In this document: positions 19,416-29,287 of the stretch, piece by piece
Position numbering within the stretch: position 1 is the first letter of the stretch
How the letters are laid out: every line of letters starts with the position of its first letter
Assembly: GCA_016930515.1 (NCBI GenBank)
Contig: JAFGGO010000027.1
Span: 21,382 to 85,381 of the forward strand
Reading direction: 5' to 3'
DNA from: Promethearchaeota archaeon
GTDB taxonomy: Archaea; Asgardarchaeota; Lokiarchaeia; Sigyniarchaeales; SOKP01
DNA: 64,000 nt
Position numbers and translations under genes: made by a program
The notes under the pieces: generated by a model
What the model was told of the DNA's origin: nothing
The model's database searches: none
The model's input: only the letters and a program-made list of their open reading frames with translations

Positions 19416-20294
19416 TTATAAAATAGCACCTTCTAATGAGTGGTGGCAGGAACAATCCTTATCCATATCAATATTTGGGATAACAGTTTTCAATAATTTA
19501 TTCAAATTTTCTGCGTTTTTAGCGATAGTCTCAAGGACCTCAGTCACATTTACTTCTAACTTGTTTATCGGGTTCCCGCATCTCTTGCATTTCAAAGCTT
19601 GTTCTACAATTCCACAATTTTGGCACTCTCCTGCCCATACATCCAAATCGGTCACCATCGCAACGCAACAATAACACATTTCCATTTCAGCAGCAAGAAC
19701 AACTTCTGGATATGTAGTCATTCCAACTACATCCGCCTCCCATTTGCGGAACAATTTAGATTCTGCTCTTGTAGAAAATCGTGGTCCCTCAATACAAACA
19801 TAAGTGCCACCTTTTTGTATCATCATTCCTTTATTATTTTTACCTGATTCAAAGAACAAGTCGTTTAAATAACTGCAATACGGTTCTGCTTGTCTAATGT
19901 GACAAACCTGACCTCCTTCGTAAAAACTATCTTTTCGATTTTTTGTTCTATCGATATATTGATCAACGAGAATAAATTTTCCTTTTTGGTGCTCGATCTT
20001 TAATGATCCTACGGCGGAAGGAGATATCACGAATTTAACGCCCATATTTTTAAGCGCCCACATATTAGCCCTGAAATTCAGCTTGTGTGGGGGGATATCG
20101 TGTCCCATTCCATGCCGAGTCAAAAATGCTATTTTTTTACCAGCAAATCTCCCAACTTTCAGATGGTCTGAAGTGCGACCATAAGGTGTATACGATTTGA
20201 TTTCTTCCATATCTTCAAGATAGAGCTCGGATCCTGTTCCTCCAATAATTCCAATAGCAACTTTGCTTTCTTCATATTTCATGGTTATACTCAA
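19416..20294 (-). CDS. mtnP: 5'-methylthioadenosine/purine nucleoside phosphorylase (MTAP family) with CxxC...CxxC insert
   Basis: IGIIGGTG, RHG.GH.IPPH.LNFRAN, AVGSL, EGPRFSTRAES, VGMT..PE, VTDLD, C-terminal CSC; start may be ATG at 20282. Confidence 0.9.
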   Translation of the reverse strand: MSITMKYEESKVAIGIIGGTGSELYLEDMEEIKSYTPYGRTSDHLKVGRFAGKKIAFLTRHGMGHDIPPHKLNFRANMWALKNMGVKFVISPSAVGSLKIEHQKGKFILVDQYIDRTKNRKDSFYEGGQVCHIRQAEPYCSYLNDLFFESGKNNKGMMIQKGGTYVCIEGPRFSTRAESKLFRKWEADVVGMTTYPEVVLAAEMEMCYCCVAMVTDLDVWAGECQNCGIVEQALKCKRCGNPINKLEVNVTEVLETIAKNAENLNKLLKTVIPNIDMDKDCSCHHSLEGAIL

Positions 20295-20339
20295 TATTCA
20301 ATTTGTTATATAATATTATATATAGTCTGACATATTATA

Positions 20340-20771
20340 CTACTCTATAATTATAATACCATTTAACTTGCATTGCTTCTTATAATAATTTAATAACCAT
20401 TCATTCAAAATATTTTTATTTTCATTTGGAAGATGGGAGTAATAAATTCATTTCTTTTTTAGAGTAATTTCAAAGGTTGATATGCAACGATATGGATTCT
20501 CAACCTTAGAAATAAAAGACAAATCCCATAGATTATTGTGAAAACTATGATGTTCATCAATCAATCCCCTATTTCCAGAAAAACTTGAAATATAAGAATA
20601 TTTCAACTCCATTACTGAAGAGAATCTTTCTTTTCCGATTGATTCAAGAATTATTGTTTCGAGAGAAGACTCGATAATTGTTGACTCGTTTTTACTATTC
20701 TTTTTTACTTGAATATCGTTTTTAATAAGCCTTTTAAAATAAAAGTATAGTGCATAAAATTTCTCCTCTAT
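20340..20771 (-). pseudogene. Tandem paralogue of the 20805-21224 hypothetical gene, with in-frame TGA and no ATG
   Basis: Hand translation gives IEEKFYALYFYF...FHNNLWDL...KKK*IYYSHLPNENKNILNEWLLNYYKKQCKLNGIII, aligning with MEEFQQIFDYF...FHNKLWIL...KDVGTYWSYSPDENAEILREWLDYCKERCRINGINI; TGA at 20448-20450; absent from the ORF track. Confidence 0.8.
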
Positions 20772-20804
20772 TATATTTTTTCTAATTTTTTTAAAAATTA
20801 AAAT

Positions 20805-21224
20805 TTAATCATCAATATTAATTCCATTTATTCTACATCGTTCTTTACAGTAATCTAACCATTCACGCAAGATCTCTGCATTTTCATCGGGAGAATAAGA
20901 CCAATAAGTCCCAACATCTTTTAGAATAATATTTTCAAATCCATGTGGAATGTTTTCCCAATCTTCTCCCCATAGAGGGACGTTAAGAATCCATAATTTA
21001 TTGTGAAATCTAGCTTGCTGCTCCTCATAGTGAGTTTTATATCTGTACACATTAACATTCGAATATTCCATATCCATTATTAAGCAAAAAGAATAAACCC
21101 CAATTATTTCAAAAATCGTTTGTCTTAAAGAAAAATTGGCATCATTAGTGTTTTTGTTATTATTTTCATCTTTCGATTTTAAAAACATATTAAAATAGTC
21201 AAATATTTGTTGAAATTCCTCCAT
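20805..21224 (-). CDS. Hypothetical protein (139 aa)
   Basis: AT-rich ORF; its reality is supported by the adjacent diverged paralogue. Confidence 0.75.
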   Translation of the reverse strand: MEEFQQIFDYFNMFLKSKDENNNKNTNDANFSLRQTIFEIIGVYSFCLIMDMEYSNVNVYRYKTHYEEQQARFHNKLWILNVPLWGEDWENIPHGFENIILKDVGTYWSYSPDENAEILREWLDYCKERCRINGINIDD

Positions 21225-21321
21225 TACATTTTAGTCATTTTATCAGCATTAATATTTTGTGTAAATTAACTAAAAAATAATTTATACCATTTTTAATTAT
21301 ATTTTCAAAAAAAACGATCTT

Positions 21322-22080
21322 GTGAATGAAATGGTTAAAATTGGAATAATTGGTGGTTCGGGACTCGATGATCCTGATATTTTAAAGGATGCAAAGGATA
21401 TAGAAGTAAATACAACTTATGGAAAACCTACCTCTCCTTTAAAAATGGGAAAGATTTATGATGTGGAAGTGGTCTTAATAGCTCGTCATGGTAGAGAACA
21501 CACTATTCCGCCAACGCAGGTTAATTATCGAGCTAACATACAAGCGTTAAGAGATCAAGGTTGTACTCATATTTTAGCCACTACTGCCTGTGGAAGTTTG
21601 AGAGAGAAAATTGTAAGAGGAGACTTCGTCATTCTCGATCAATTTATCGATTTCACCCGTTTAAGAAAGCTCAGCTTTTACGAAAAATTTCCTCCAGGAG
21701 ATGCAAAGCACACGGCAATGGCTCGCCCTTATTCGGAGGAATTAAGAATCTTTCTGATTGAAAGCGCTAAGGAATTAGGTCTTAAATATCACGAAAAGGG
21801 TACCGTTGTAACTATTGAAGGGCCAAGATTTTCTACAATTGCCGAATCTAAAATGTTTCGGTCATGGGGTGCTGATGTTATTAACATGAGCATTGCTACA
21901 GAAACAATGCTTGCTAACGAAGCGGGAATCCCTTACGCTGCAGTCGCTATGTCTACGGACTACGATTGTTGGAAGGAAGACGAGGCCCCGGTAACGTGGG
22001 AGGAAATACTCGAGGTTTTTGGAAAAAATGTGAGTAATGTCATAGCTTTATTAACTAATGTTATTAAGAAGATCAAGTAA
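21322..22080 (+). CDS. mtnP: S-methyl-5'-thioadenosine phosphorylase (second MTAP paralogue)
   Basis: KIGIIGGSGL, ARHGREHTIPP..VNYRAN, TACGSL, EGPRFST.AES, VINMS, STDYDCW. Confidence 0.93.
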   Translation: MNEMVKIGIIGGSGLDDPDILKDAKDIEVNTTYGKPTSPLKMGKIYDVEVVLIARHGREHTIPPTQVNYRANIQALRDQGCTHILATTACGSLREKIVRGDFVILDQFIDFTRLRKLSFYEKFPPGDAKHTAMARPYSEELRIFLIESAKELGLKYHEKGTVVTIEGPRFSTIAESKMFRSWGADVINMSIATETMLANEAGIPYAAVAMSTDYDCWKEDEAPVTWEEILEVFGKNVSNVIALLTNVIKKIK

Positions 22081-22224
22081 TAATTTTTCCTCAAATTTTT
22101 CTTTTTTACTTCATATATTAGAAAACTTCTTATGCAATAAAACACTTGTATTATCCAATAGAGATAAAATTGTAAGTAAATGCGAAAATTCTATTCGCGT
22201 TTCTGTTTTTAATTCTTTTTATTA

Positions 22225-23535
22225 GTGAAATTTAATATGGTAAAATTAACCTTTTTAGGTGGCTGTCGAGAGGTCGGCCGTTCTGGAATACTTTTGCAAT
22301 CTAAAAACGGTTCTAAGGTCGTTTTAGACTACGGAATTCGGTTTAAAGGTAAGGAACGCCTTCCTAGCGAGATAGATACTGAAAATCTAAGTGCGATAGC
22401 CGTCACGCACTGCCACGTGGATCATTCCGGCGGCATTCCATTGTTGTATAAATCATCAAACGCTCCATTGTATACAAATCCAATAACGCTTCGGATTTCT
22501 GAGATTTTAATTAAAGACATGCTAAATGTGTCTAAATTCGAATATCCTTTTGGAAAAGATGAATTAGATACCATGCGACAAAATGCAAAATTCTTAGATT
22601 TGGGCGTTCGCCAAAAAGTAAACGATGATATATATTTAACATTTTACGACGCAGGACATATTCCAGGAAGCGTTTCAATCTTGGCTGAGGTAGACGATAA
22701 ATGCATTTTCTATACGGGTGACATTAATAACCAGGAGACAAACCTTGTAAATATTGCCGATCCCACGTTCGTTCCGAATATCGATGTTTTAATCACTGAA
22801 AGCACTTATGCTTTAAGAGAACACCCTTCTCGAATAGAAGTAGAAAAACGATTCGTAGAAAATGTAATAAATGTAACGGATAATGGCGGGAAAGTGCTCA
22901 TTCCTGCCTTTGGAGTAGCACGATCTCAGGAAGCCTTACTCATCTTGGAGAAATATAATTACGATGGTAAAATCTATATCGACGGATTAGCCCGAAAAAT
23001 ATGTAATGTATATCAAGAATATCCTGAATATTTGAAGGATATCAATCGATTTGTAAAATCCTTGAAGCGAGCACGATTTATTACCGAAGAGAAATATAGA
23101 GACTCCGCCAAGCGTTCCAATGCGGCAATAATAGCACCAAGTGGTATGTTAAAAGGAGGTGCTTCGATGAATTTCGTTAAATCCTTCTTAGAAGACCCGA
23201 CATCGGCTATATATTTAGTTGGATATCAAGCAGAGGGCTCTCCGGGCCGGAAACTCCTCGATGAGGGTGTTTTTGAATACAAAGAAAGAATCCGAAGAAA
23301 GAAAATAAATGGTACTCTTGTTGCGAAGTGTGATAGGGAATATTTTAACTTTTCAAGCCACGCTGATGGGTTACACCTCCACGAATACATTAACGGATTA
23401 AAATTTCATAACAATTCGAAGGATATATTTTGTGTTCACGGAGATAATAAGTCGGCAACTTTCTTTGCAAAGGAGCTAGTCCAAAAGGGATTTAATGCCG
23501 TCGCTCCAGAACAAGACGAAACTTACACAATATGA
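22225..23535 (+). CDS. Beta-CASP metallo-beta-lactamase ribonuclease (aCPSF2-like, no KH domains)
   Basis: FLGGCREVGRS, LDYG, HCHVDH, AGHIPGS, YTGD, ESTY, PAFGVARSQE, VGYQAEGSPGR, FSSHAD, VHGD. Confidence 0.92.
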   Translation: MKFNMVKLTFLGGCREVGRSGILLQSKNGSKVVLDYGIRFKGKERLPSEIDTENLSAIAVTHCHVDHSGGIPLLYKSSNAPLYTNPITLRISEILIKDMLNVSKFEYPFGKDELDTMRQNAKFLDLGVRQKVNDDIYLTFYDAGHIPGSVSILAEVDDKCIFYTGDINNQETNLVNIADPTFVPNIDVLITESTYALREHPSRIEVEKRFVENVINVTDNGGKVLIPAFGVARSQEALLILEKYNYDGKIYIDGLARKICNVYQEYPEYLKDINRFVKSLKRARFITEEKYRDSAKRSNAAIIAPSGMLKGGASMNFVKSFLEDPTSAIYLVGYQAEGSPGRKLLDEGVFEYKERIRRKKINGTLVAKCDREYFNFSSHADGLHLHEYINGLKFHNNSKDIFCVHGDNKSATFFAKELVQKGFNAVAPEQDETYTI

Positions 23536-23611
23536 ATTATACTCCATTTTAAAGAAAGATTTCCATCTTTAGAGTTTTATATAGAATATAATAGGAATCG
23601 GTCTTTTGTGT

Positions 23612-25123
23612 TTATTTATTTTCTTTTATTTGTTCTCTGATCACACTATCTATATGAGTTAAGAATTCGTAAATTTTATCGAATGGAACTTTCGTTCCAG
23701 CAGCAGGGGGATGACCTCCTCCTAATGCGTTCAATCCCGTGAGTTCTAAGGCCTTTCTAATAGCCTCTGAGAGATTTACGCCTCGTTCAACGAGCGATTC
23801 ATGAGCCCTTCCAGAGATCTTGTAGACTTGTTCAGTTTCTCTAGTAGCTATTCCGAATATGGGTTTATTTGTATCGATCCTATCAAGATTGTCAAACACT
23901 AATATCGACGCAATAACTCCAATAACGCTTTCTGGTATTTTATCTTCCCCAAAATAATACTGAATGTTATCTTTAGATTGGATCTTGTTGTTTTCGTAAA
24001 TCCACGATATGCTACGGGAAATTAACGATTTATAATTCTTAAGTATTTCAATTGCTTGATCGTATGCTTCCTTTCTATCGCCCATGGCAACTGCGATACC
24101 AATTGATCCGTTATCAGAACGACCGGTTGAGTTTAATAAGTATGAAAACTCTCTAACATCGTGGAGTTCTAAGTATTTGCTTTCTTTTGGAAGAACATAC
24201 TTGTTAACTATTAATCTATCAATGACTTCGCTTGGTTCGATACCCAACTTGATCGTGGAATATTCGAGAATTGAAGTTGATATCTTTTGCTTTTGATCCT
24301 GATTTAGGTCGTGGAGAGTCTTTATCGTGCCGTCTGAATTTTCCATCAAGACTCCAGAAGTCTGTAAAAACTTCAAGGTTCTATTGGGATCGTTTGTCAA
24401 ACCCGGTAATTTAAAATCAGTTGAATATGCAATGGCTTCATTTAAGGGTTTTATAGATGAAAAGCTAAGATCGTGAACTATTTCGATGTATCTTCCCGAT
24501 ATAGCGTCGTTTAAGATCTCAAGGTTAGCTCCAGTAAACGATTTGTCTTTTTCTTGGTTTTGAACATCTCCCGTTGCACCTACGATCGCAATTGAAGAAA
24601 GATCGATGTTTTGGGAATTCAAACATTTAGCAAAAAGATAACACATGCCTGCTCCTGAGATTTCGCTGCTTCCGTTTACGCCAAAGAAATATGGGTTAAT
24701 GTGCCAAGGGCTTGTATTTTCCCTGATTTTCGAAATGAGGTCTACTTGTTCTATATCTGAAATTCCTTGAGGAAGATGATGATCTAAGATTATAAAATTT
24801 GGATCTTTTATGTTATTTGATAACTTTTCGTGGAGTTCTAAGAATTGACCACTTCCAAAATCAGAAAAAATTAATAAGTTGTGGGTATAATCAGACCATG
24901 ATGCAATTTTCTCGATCTCTTCCCTTTCTAACTGCTTTAATATCGTTATTTGGAATGGTATTTTTTCCCTGAATAGTGCCTTCCCGAGGATTGCTCCTGC
25001 AGAGAGCCCATCCGAGTCTATATGCGTGAAAATATGAATTGGTGATTCCAATTGTGATATCTTTGAAGAAAAATACTGCTTGGTTTTTTCCATTCCTTCG
25101 ATAAGTCTCATGAACATGCTCAT
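23612..25123 (-). CDS. DHH family RecJ-like exonuclease (GAN/Cdc45-related)
   Basis: HIDSDG, SDFGS, LDHH, INP..G..G..EISGAG, VGATGD, DHHA1 GGGHPPAAG. Confidence 0.9.
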   Translation of the reverse strand: MSMFMRLIEGMEKTKQYFSSKISQLESPIHIFTHIDSDGLSAGAILGKALFREKIPFQITILKQLEREEIEKIASWSDYTHNLLIFSDFGSGQFLELHEKLSNNIKDPNFIILDHHLPQGISDIEQVDLISKIRENTSPWHINPYFFGVNGSSEISGAGMCYLFAKCLNSQNIDLSSIAIVGATGDVQNQEKDKSFTGANLEILNDAISGRYIEIVHDLSFSSIKPLNEAIAYSTDFKLPGLTNDPNRTLKFLQTSGVLMENSDGTIKTLHDLNQDQKQKISTSILEYSTIKLGIEPSEVIDRLIVNKYVLPKESKYLELHDVREFSYLLNSTGRSDNGSIGIAVAMGDRKEAYDQAIEILKNYKSLISRSISWIYENNKIQSKDNIQYYFGEDKIPESVIGVIASILVFDNLDRIDTNKPIFGIATRETEQVYKISGRAHESLVERGVNLSEAIRKALELTGLNALGGGHPPAAGTKVPFDKIYEFLTHIDSVIREQIKENK

Positions 25124-25228
25124 TGATGTAATATAATCTGCATTGATTTCTCAAATCATAAAGGAGAATATTTATATAAATTTATCAAATTAAATATAAA
25201 TACTCATTAAAAATCAAAAAAATATTCA

Positions 25229-26227
25229 ATGTTGAAGAAAATGATGAATATAAACGATCTAACCTTAAAATTAGTTAACAAAATACTTGAAAACAAGGAC
25301 TTGCTCGGAGCAACGGTAGAAAAATTAAGCTCGGGTCAAACAGTAATCGATTTAACGAATGGTACCTGGGAAGCGGGAAGAATTCTTGGAGAAATATGCA
25401 TGGGTGGTTTGGGGTCAGTAAATTTTAACAGTTGTAATGTTGATGGTCATTTTTTTCCCGCCCTAGATGTTTGCACGAGCGAGCCAATTATATCTTGCAT
25501 GGCGTCTCAATTAGCGGGATGGAGTGTTAAGCTCAAAAAAGATGTTGAGAAAGACGGAATTGTAAAAAAAAAAGTAGTCTTTCAGTCCTTGGGTTCTGGT
25601 CCTGCTCGCGCCAAGGCTAGGGGAGAAACGCTTTTTGACGAAATTTCTTACACCGATGCATCTAACTGTGCCGTGATCGTATTTGAAACTCGCACTATGC
25701 CTGACGAAGAGGTAATGGCAATAGTTACGGAAAAATGCAAAGTACCTGCTGAAAAAACTTACGCTGTTTGTGCGCCAACGGCAAGTTTGGTGGGTTCAAT
25801 ACAGGTTGCAGCAAGAATTGTGGAAACAGGAATTCATAAATTGCACGAGATTCATTTTCCCTTGGATGCCTTAATGGACGGTTTTGGTAGCGTGCCCATC
25901 GCTCCCGTGGCAAAAGACGATTTTGCCGCTATGGGTCCCCCCAACGACGCAATGTTTGCCCTTGGTCAAACATTCTATACGATAAATGTTGATAAGGAAA
26001 AAGAAGTAGAACTATTTGAATTGCTTAAAAAAGCGCCAGCAAGCACTTCTTCTAGTTATGGAAAACCGTTTAATGTGATTTTCAAGGAAGCAGAATTCGA
26101 TTTTTACAAGATCGATCCTGGTTTGTTTGCACCCGCTCTTTATACCTTAAATAATATTAAAACGGGAAAAACAATGACTGTAGGGCGGTTAGATAACAAC
26201 TTGCTTAAGCAATCCTTTGGTCTTTAA
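25229..26227 (+). CDS. mch: Methenyl-H4MPT cyclohydrolase
   Basis: EICMGGLG, CMASQLAGW, LGSGPARA, APTASLVGSIQVAARIVETG, SSSYGKPF, FDFYKIDPGLFAPA. Confidence 0.95.
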   Translation: MLKKMMNINDLTLKLVNKILENKDLLGATVEKLSSGQTVIDLTNGTWEAGRILGEICMGGLGSVNFNSCNVDGHFFPALDVCTSEPIISCMASQLAGWSVKLKKDVEKDGIVKKKVVFQSLGSGPARAKARGETLFDEISYTDASNCAVIVFETRTMPDEEVMAIVTEKCKVPAEKTYAVCAPTASLVGSIQVAARIVETGIHKLHEIHFPLDALMDGFGSVPIAPVAKDDFAAMGPPNDAMFALGQTFYTINVDKEKEVELFELLKKAPASTSSSYGKPFNVIFKEAEFDFYKIDPGLFAPALYTLNNIKTGKTMTVGRLDNNLLKQSFGL

Positions 26228-26308
26228 AAATTCTTATCTTAATAATTTTTTCTTTATTTGTATTTAAAAATTGTAAAAAAATAACAAATCAAGAAAAGTA
26301 ATAATTTT

Positions 26309-27622
26309 CTAAATATTCGTAAGTTCTTCTTGATATTTCATCACTTCGGTCATGTCAATATCGCGATCGAATGTGATTTTTTGGTCTATACCCAAGTATG
26401 TGCAGGCAAGTTGGGCGGAAGCAGCGATTTCCGCTTTCTTAAGCGAGATTTGGTATACATCCTCGGGATCGGTCATTTTTGCCTTGAGTGTGCTTATATT
26501 TTCCAAGACCTTTCGCTTGTTCTTGTCTAAATCTGCTTTCTCCATTCTTAGGGTCTGGATTTCCTTATCGATTTTAATGGATGGTTTTAACTGCTGTTCT
26601 CTTCTCAGGTCGTTGATCCTGTCAATGATTTTAACTCTTTGTTCGTCGATGGTTTCCTTGTGATTAAACTCGGCCTCGTATTGGCTCTGATGCGTCACTT
26701 GATAGTTGGTTGTTCTCTCGTTTTTCATCTTGTAAAGCAAAGAACCCATTTTATCGGCAACGATAAATGGTAATTGATTACTTACGATCAAGCGTGTTAT
26801 GTTGTTGAGATCGAAAAAGTTCAGGTTATCGTATTTTGATTGCAAGTAATTCTTCAAATTTTCCGAATTGTGCTCGCACTCGATCTCGGTCCAGTCGTGG
26901 ATGGCTAGTCTTCTCCTGAAAAAGATGAGTTCCCAATCTATGCCAAGCTCTTTCAATAGTTCTAAAAGCTTATCGTCGTTCGGTTTAAAGGTTTCGATTA
27001 TCAAGTACAATTGAAGTCCGTAGTATTTGTGTTCTTCTTGTAAGTAATAACCTCTTTGTTGCATTGATGCAAGAATTTTCAGCTTGATTGATGTATTGCT
27101 CGATATGTTTTTCTTACCACAGTTCAAATAGATGACGTTACCCTCTTCGCTCACGTATTCAGCATCAAGAAATCCCAATATGCTCTCTTGGTTTTCTCTT
27201 ATAAAATCCATGAGGCCTGTAAGAGTGGGTTTTACGTTAAACCTGATGAGATCACCTTGACTAATAGTCACGTAATCGCTTGGGTTTCCTCCAACCGCAA
27301 GTTTGATGGAATAGAGCAGTAGATCCTCTTCAGTACCGTATACTTCTTTTATTGCTTCGTTAATAGGAAATACTTCGTTATCTAAAATTTTGATATCCGC
27401 TAAAGAGCTTTCATACGGTTCGGGATCACTAAGAATCTTGTTAAGAACTGGAGCTTCTGAAGCGTCCACCTCGATTTCGTAATTTCTTGCTAAGTCCTTT
27501 CGAATCACGCAAAATGATTTGTCTTTTTTTCCTTCCTTGTTGAACATGGATAGTGATGTGTGTTCATCAATTACCGCGCGAAACTTTTCGGTGAATCTAT
27601 TCTCCGTGTTATCGTTCTTCAT
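26309..27622 (-). CDS. Hypothetical protein with C-terminal coiled coil
   Basis: 437 aa ORF, AGGAG SD upstream; no motif recognised. Confidence 0.75.
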   Translation of the reverse strand: MKNDNTENRFTEKFRAVIDEHTSLSMFNKEGKKDKSFCVIRKDLARNYEIEVDASEAPVLNKILSDPEPYESSLADIKILDNEVFPINEAIKEVYGTEEDLLLYSIKLAVGGNPSDYVTISQGDLIRFNVKPTLTGLMDFIRENQESILGFLDAEYVSEEGNVIYLNCGKKNISSNTSIKLKILASMQQRGYYLQEEHKYYGLQLYLIIETFKPNDDKLLELLKELGIDWELIFFRRRLAIHDWTEIECEHNSENLKNYLQSKYDNLNFFDLNNITRLIVSNQLPFIVADKMGSLLYKMKNERTTNYQVTHQSQYEAEFNHKETIDEQRVKIIDRINDLRREQQLKPSIKIDKEIQTLRMEKADLDKNKRKVLENISTLKAKMTDPEDVYQISLKKAEIAASAQLACTYLGIDQKITFDRDIDMTEVMKYQEELTNI

Positions 27623-27787
27623 TCTTCTCCTTTGAATATTTCATCATCAACTTTTATGACTTCTTTGTTCTCTATTAAAATAAAACGAATTTAGTCTTAA
27701 ATTCTTATCGCTAACAATTTAAAAATTTCTTGTAGATCGTTTATATTAAGGAAAGAACTCATTTTACGAATTAAAAAAAAAATATGC

Positions 27788-27973
27788 TTATTTCAGCTCA
27801 TCTTCGAGATAATAATGAGTACCTTTCTTATAGTATACGATGGTAGAGCTAAAATTGTTCCGGATGGTGTATTTATCTCCGTCAACATCTTCCACTTCAA
27901 AGGAATAAGGTAATCTTCTCTGCTTTATAATGTCCGCAATGATAGAATGTTCGTCTTCGGGTTTCATGATCAT
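27788..27973 (-). CDS. Small hypothetical protein
   Basis: 61 aa ORF with protein-like composition in its own intergenic slot. Confidence 0.55.
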   Translation of the reverse strand: MIMKPEDEHSIIADIIKQRRLPYSFEVEDVDGDKYTIRNNFSSTIVYYKKGTHYYLEDELK

Positions 27974-28117
27974 TCAACTTTTTTTAAGATTTATATAATT
28001 AAAACAAACAAGACAAAAAAAATTTTTGGTTTAGTAAATCAATATTATTATAAAAAAAAAGTTAAAAAACTTCCAATATTAAAAAAATCATATTATATTA
28101 CATTATGAGTCTTTACA

Positions 28118-29089
28118 ATGAAAGCTTTAATTACGGGAATTACTGGTTTTGTAGGAAGTCATTTGGCAGAATACTTGTTAGGCAAGGGAGACACGGTGTT
28201 TGGAACGTACAGGTGGAGGAGCCCTCGGGATAATATAGAACATATCAAGCATAAAATAACTCTTGTAAATTGCGAGTTATTAGACGCCATGTCTGTGAAA
28301 AATTGCATATCGACCGCTAAGCCAGATGTGATTTTTCATTTAGCGGCACAATCATATGTTCCATCGAGTTTTGACGAGCCTGCTGCAACTTTGCAAACAA
28401 ACATCATCGGTACTCTCAACCTCCTCGAAGCAGTAAGGCAGATCGGAATAGACCCCATCATACACATCTGTTCGTCCTCCGAAGTGTATGGTCAAGTTAA
28501 AAAAGAAGAGGTTCCCATCCTCGAAACGAATGTTTTTCGACCAGCCTCTCCATATGCCGTTAGTAAGGTTGGAGAAGACATGATCTCTCTCCAATATTTC
28601 TTAAGTTATGGCATTAAAACAATAAGATCTCGAATGTTTACTCATACGGGTCCAAGAAGAGGAGAAGTATTTGTTGTTTCAGCGTTTGCAAAGCAAGTGG
28701 CAATGATTGAGGCGGGTCTTCAAGAACCAGTTTTGAGAGTAGGAAATCTCGATTCAGTCAGAACATTTCTCGATGTGAGAGATGCTGTTAGAGCTTACTA
28801 TTTGCTCGTTCAAAAATGTATTCCTGGAGAGGTTTATAACATCGGAGGTAATACTACAATGACTATAAGGCAAATGCTTAATCTATTATTGAATCAATCG
28901 TCAATGAAAGACGAGATAAAGGTTGAAGTAAATCCAAAACTTCTCCGTCCTTCAGATGTCACGCTTCAAGTACCAAATATTGATAAGTTTGTCAGTGCAA
29001 CGGGATGGAAGGCTGATATTCCGCTTGAAAAAACACTTCTCGATACTTTAAACTATTGGAGAGCGCGACTTAAGGTTCACGCACCCTGA
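28118..29089 (+). CDS. GDP-mannose 4,6-dehydratase / Rmd-like extended SDR
   Basis: LITGITGFVG, HLAAQS.V..SF, SSSEVYG, YAVSK, VGNLDSVRTFLDVRD, LLRPSDV. Confidence 0.88.
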   Translation: MKALITGITGFVGSHLAEYLLGKGDTVFGTYRWRSPRDNIEHIKHKITLVNCELLDAMSVKNCISTAKPDVIFHLAAQSYVPSSFDEPAATLQTNIIGTLNLLEAVRQIGIDPIIHICSSSEVYGQVKKEEVPILETNVFRPASPYAVSKVGEDMISLQYFLSYGIKTIRSRMFTHTGPRRGEVFVVSAFAKQVAMIEAGLQEPVLRVGNLDSVRTFLDVRDAVRAYYLLVQKCIPGEVYNIGGNTTMTIRQMLNLLLNQSSMKDEIKVEVNPKLLRPSDVTLQVPNIDKFVSATGWKADIPLEKTLLDTLNYWRARLKVHAP

Positions 29090-29287
29090 TAATTTCTCTC
29101 TTTTTAAAACTTTCACAGGTTATAATCAATTACTATTAAAATCTTTAAAGTAAAACACTTTAATTCGTGTAAATAGTATTAAAAATGCTTTAAATTTTTA
29201 ATAAAACGATTAGTTTTTTAACCAAAAGACCATTTTAATAAATAATTATTTCAATTAACTTTTTTTAGATCAACAGGGATCATTAAT

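Noticed and set aside
20448-20450. In-frame TGA as selenocysteine (Lokiarchaeia do encode selenoproteins)
   Set aside because: It aligns with Gly, not Cys, in the paralogue and no SECIS-like hairpin was recognised; a GGA to TGA nonsense change is simpler.
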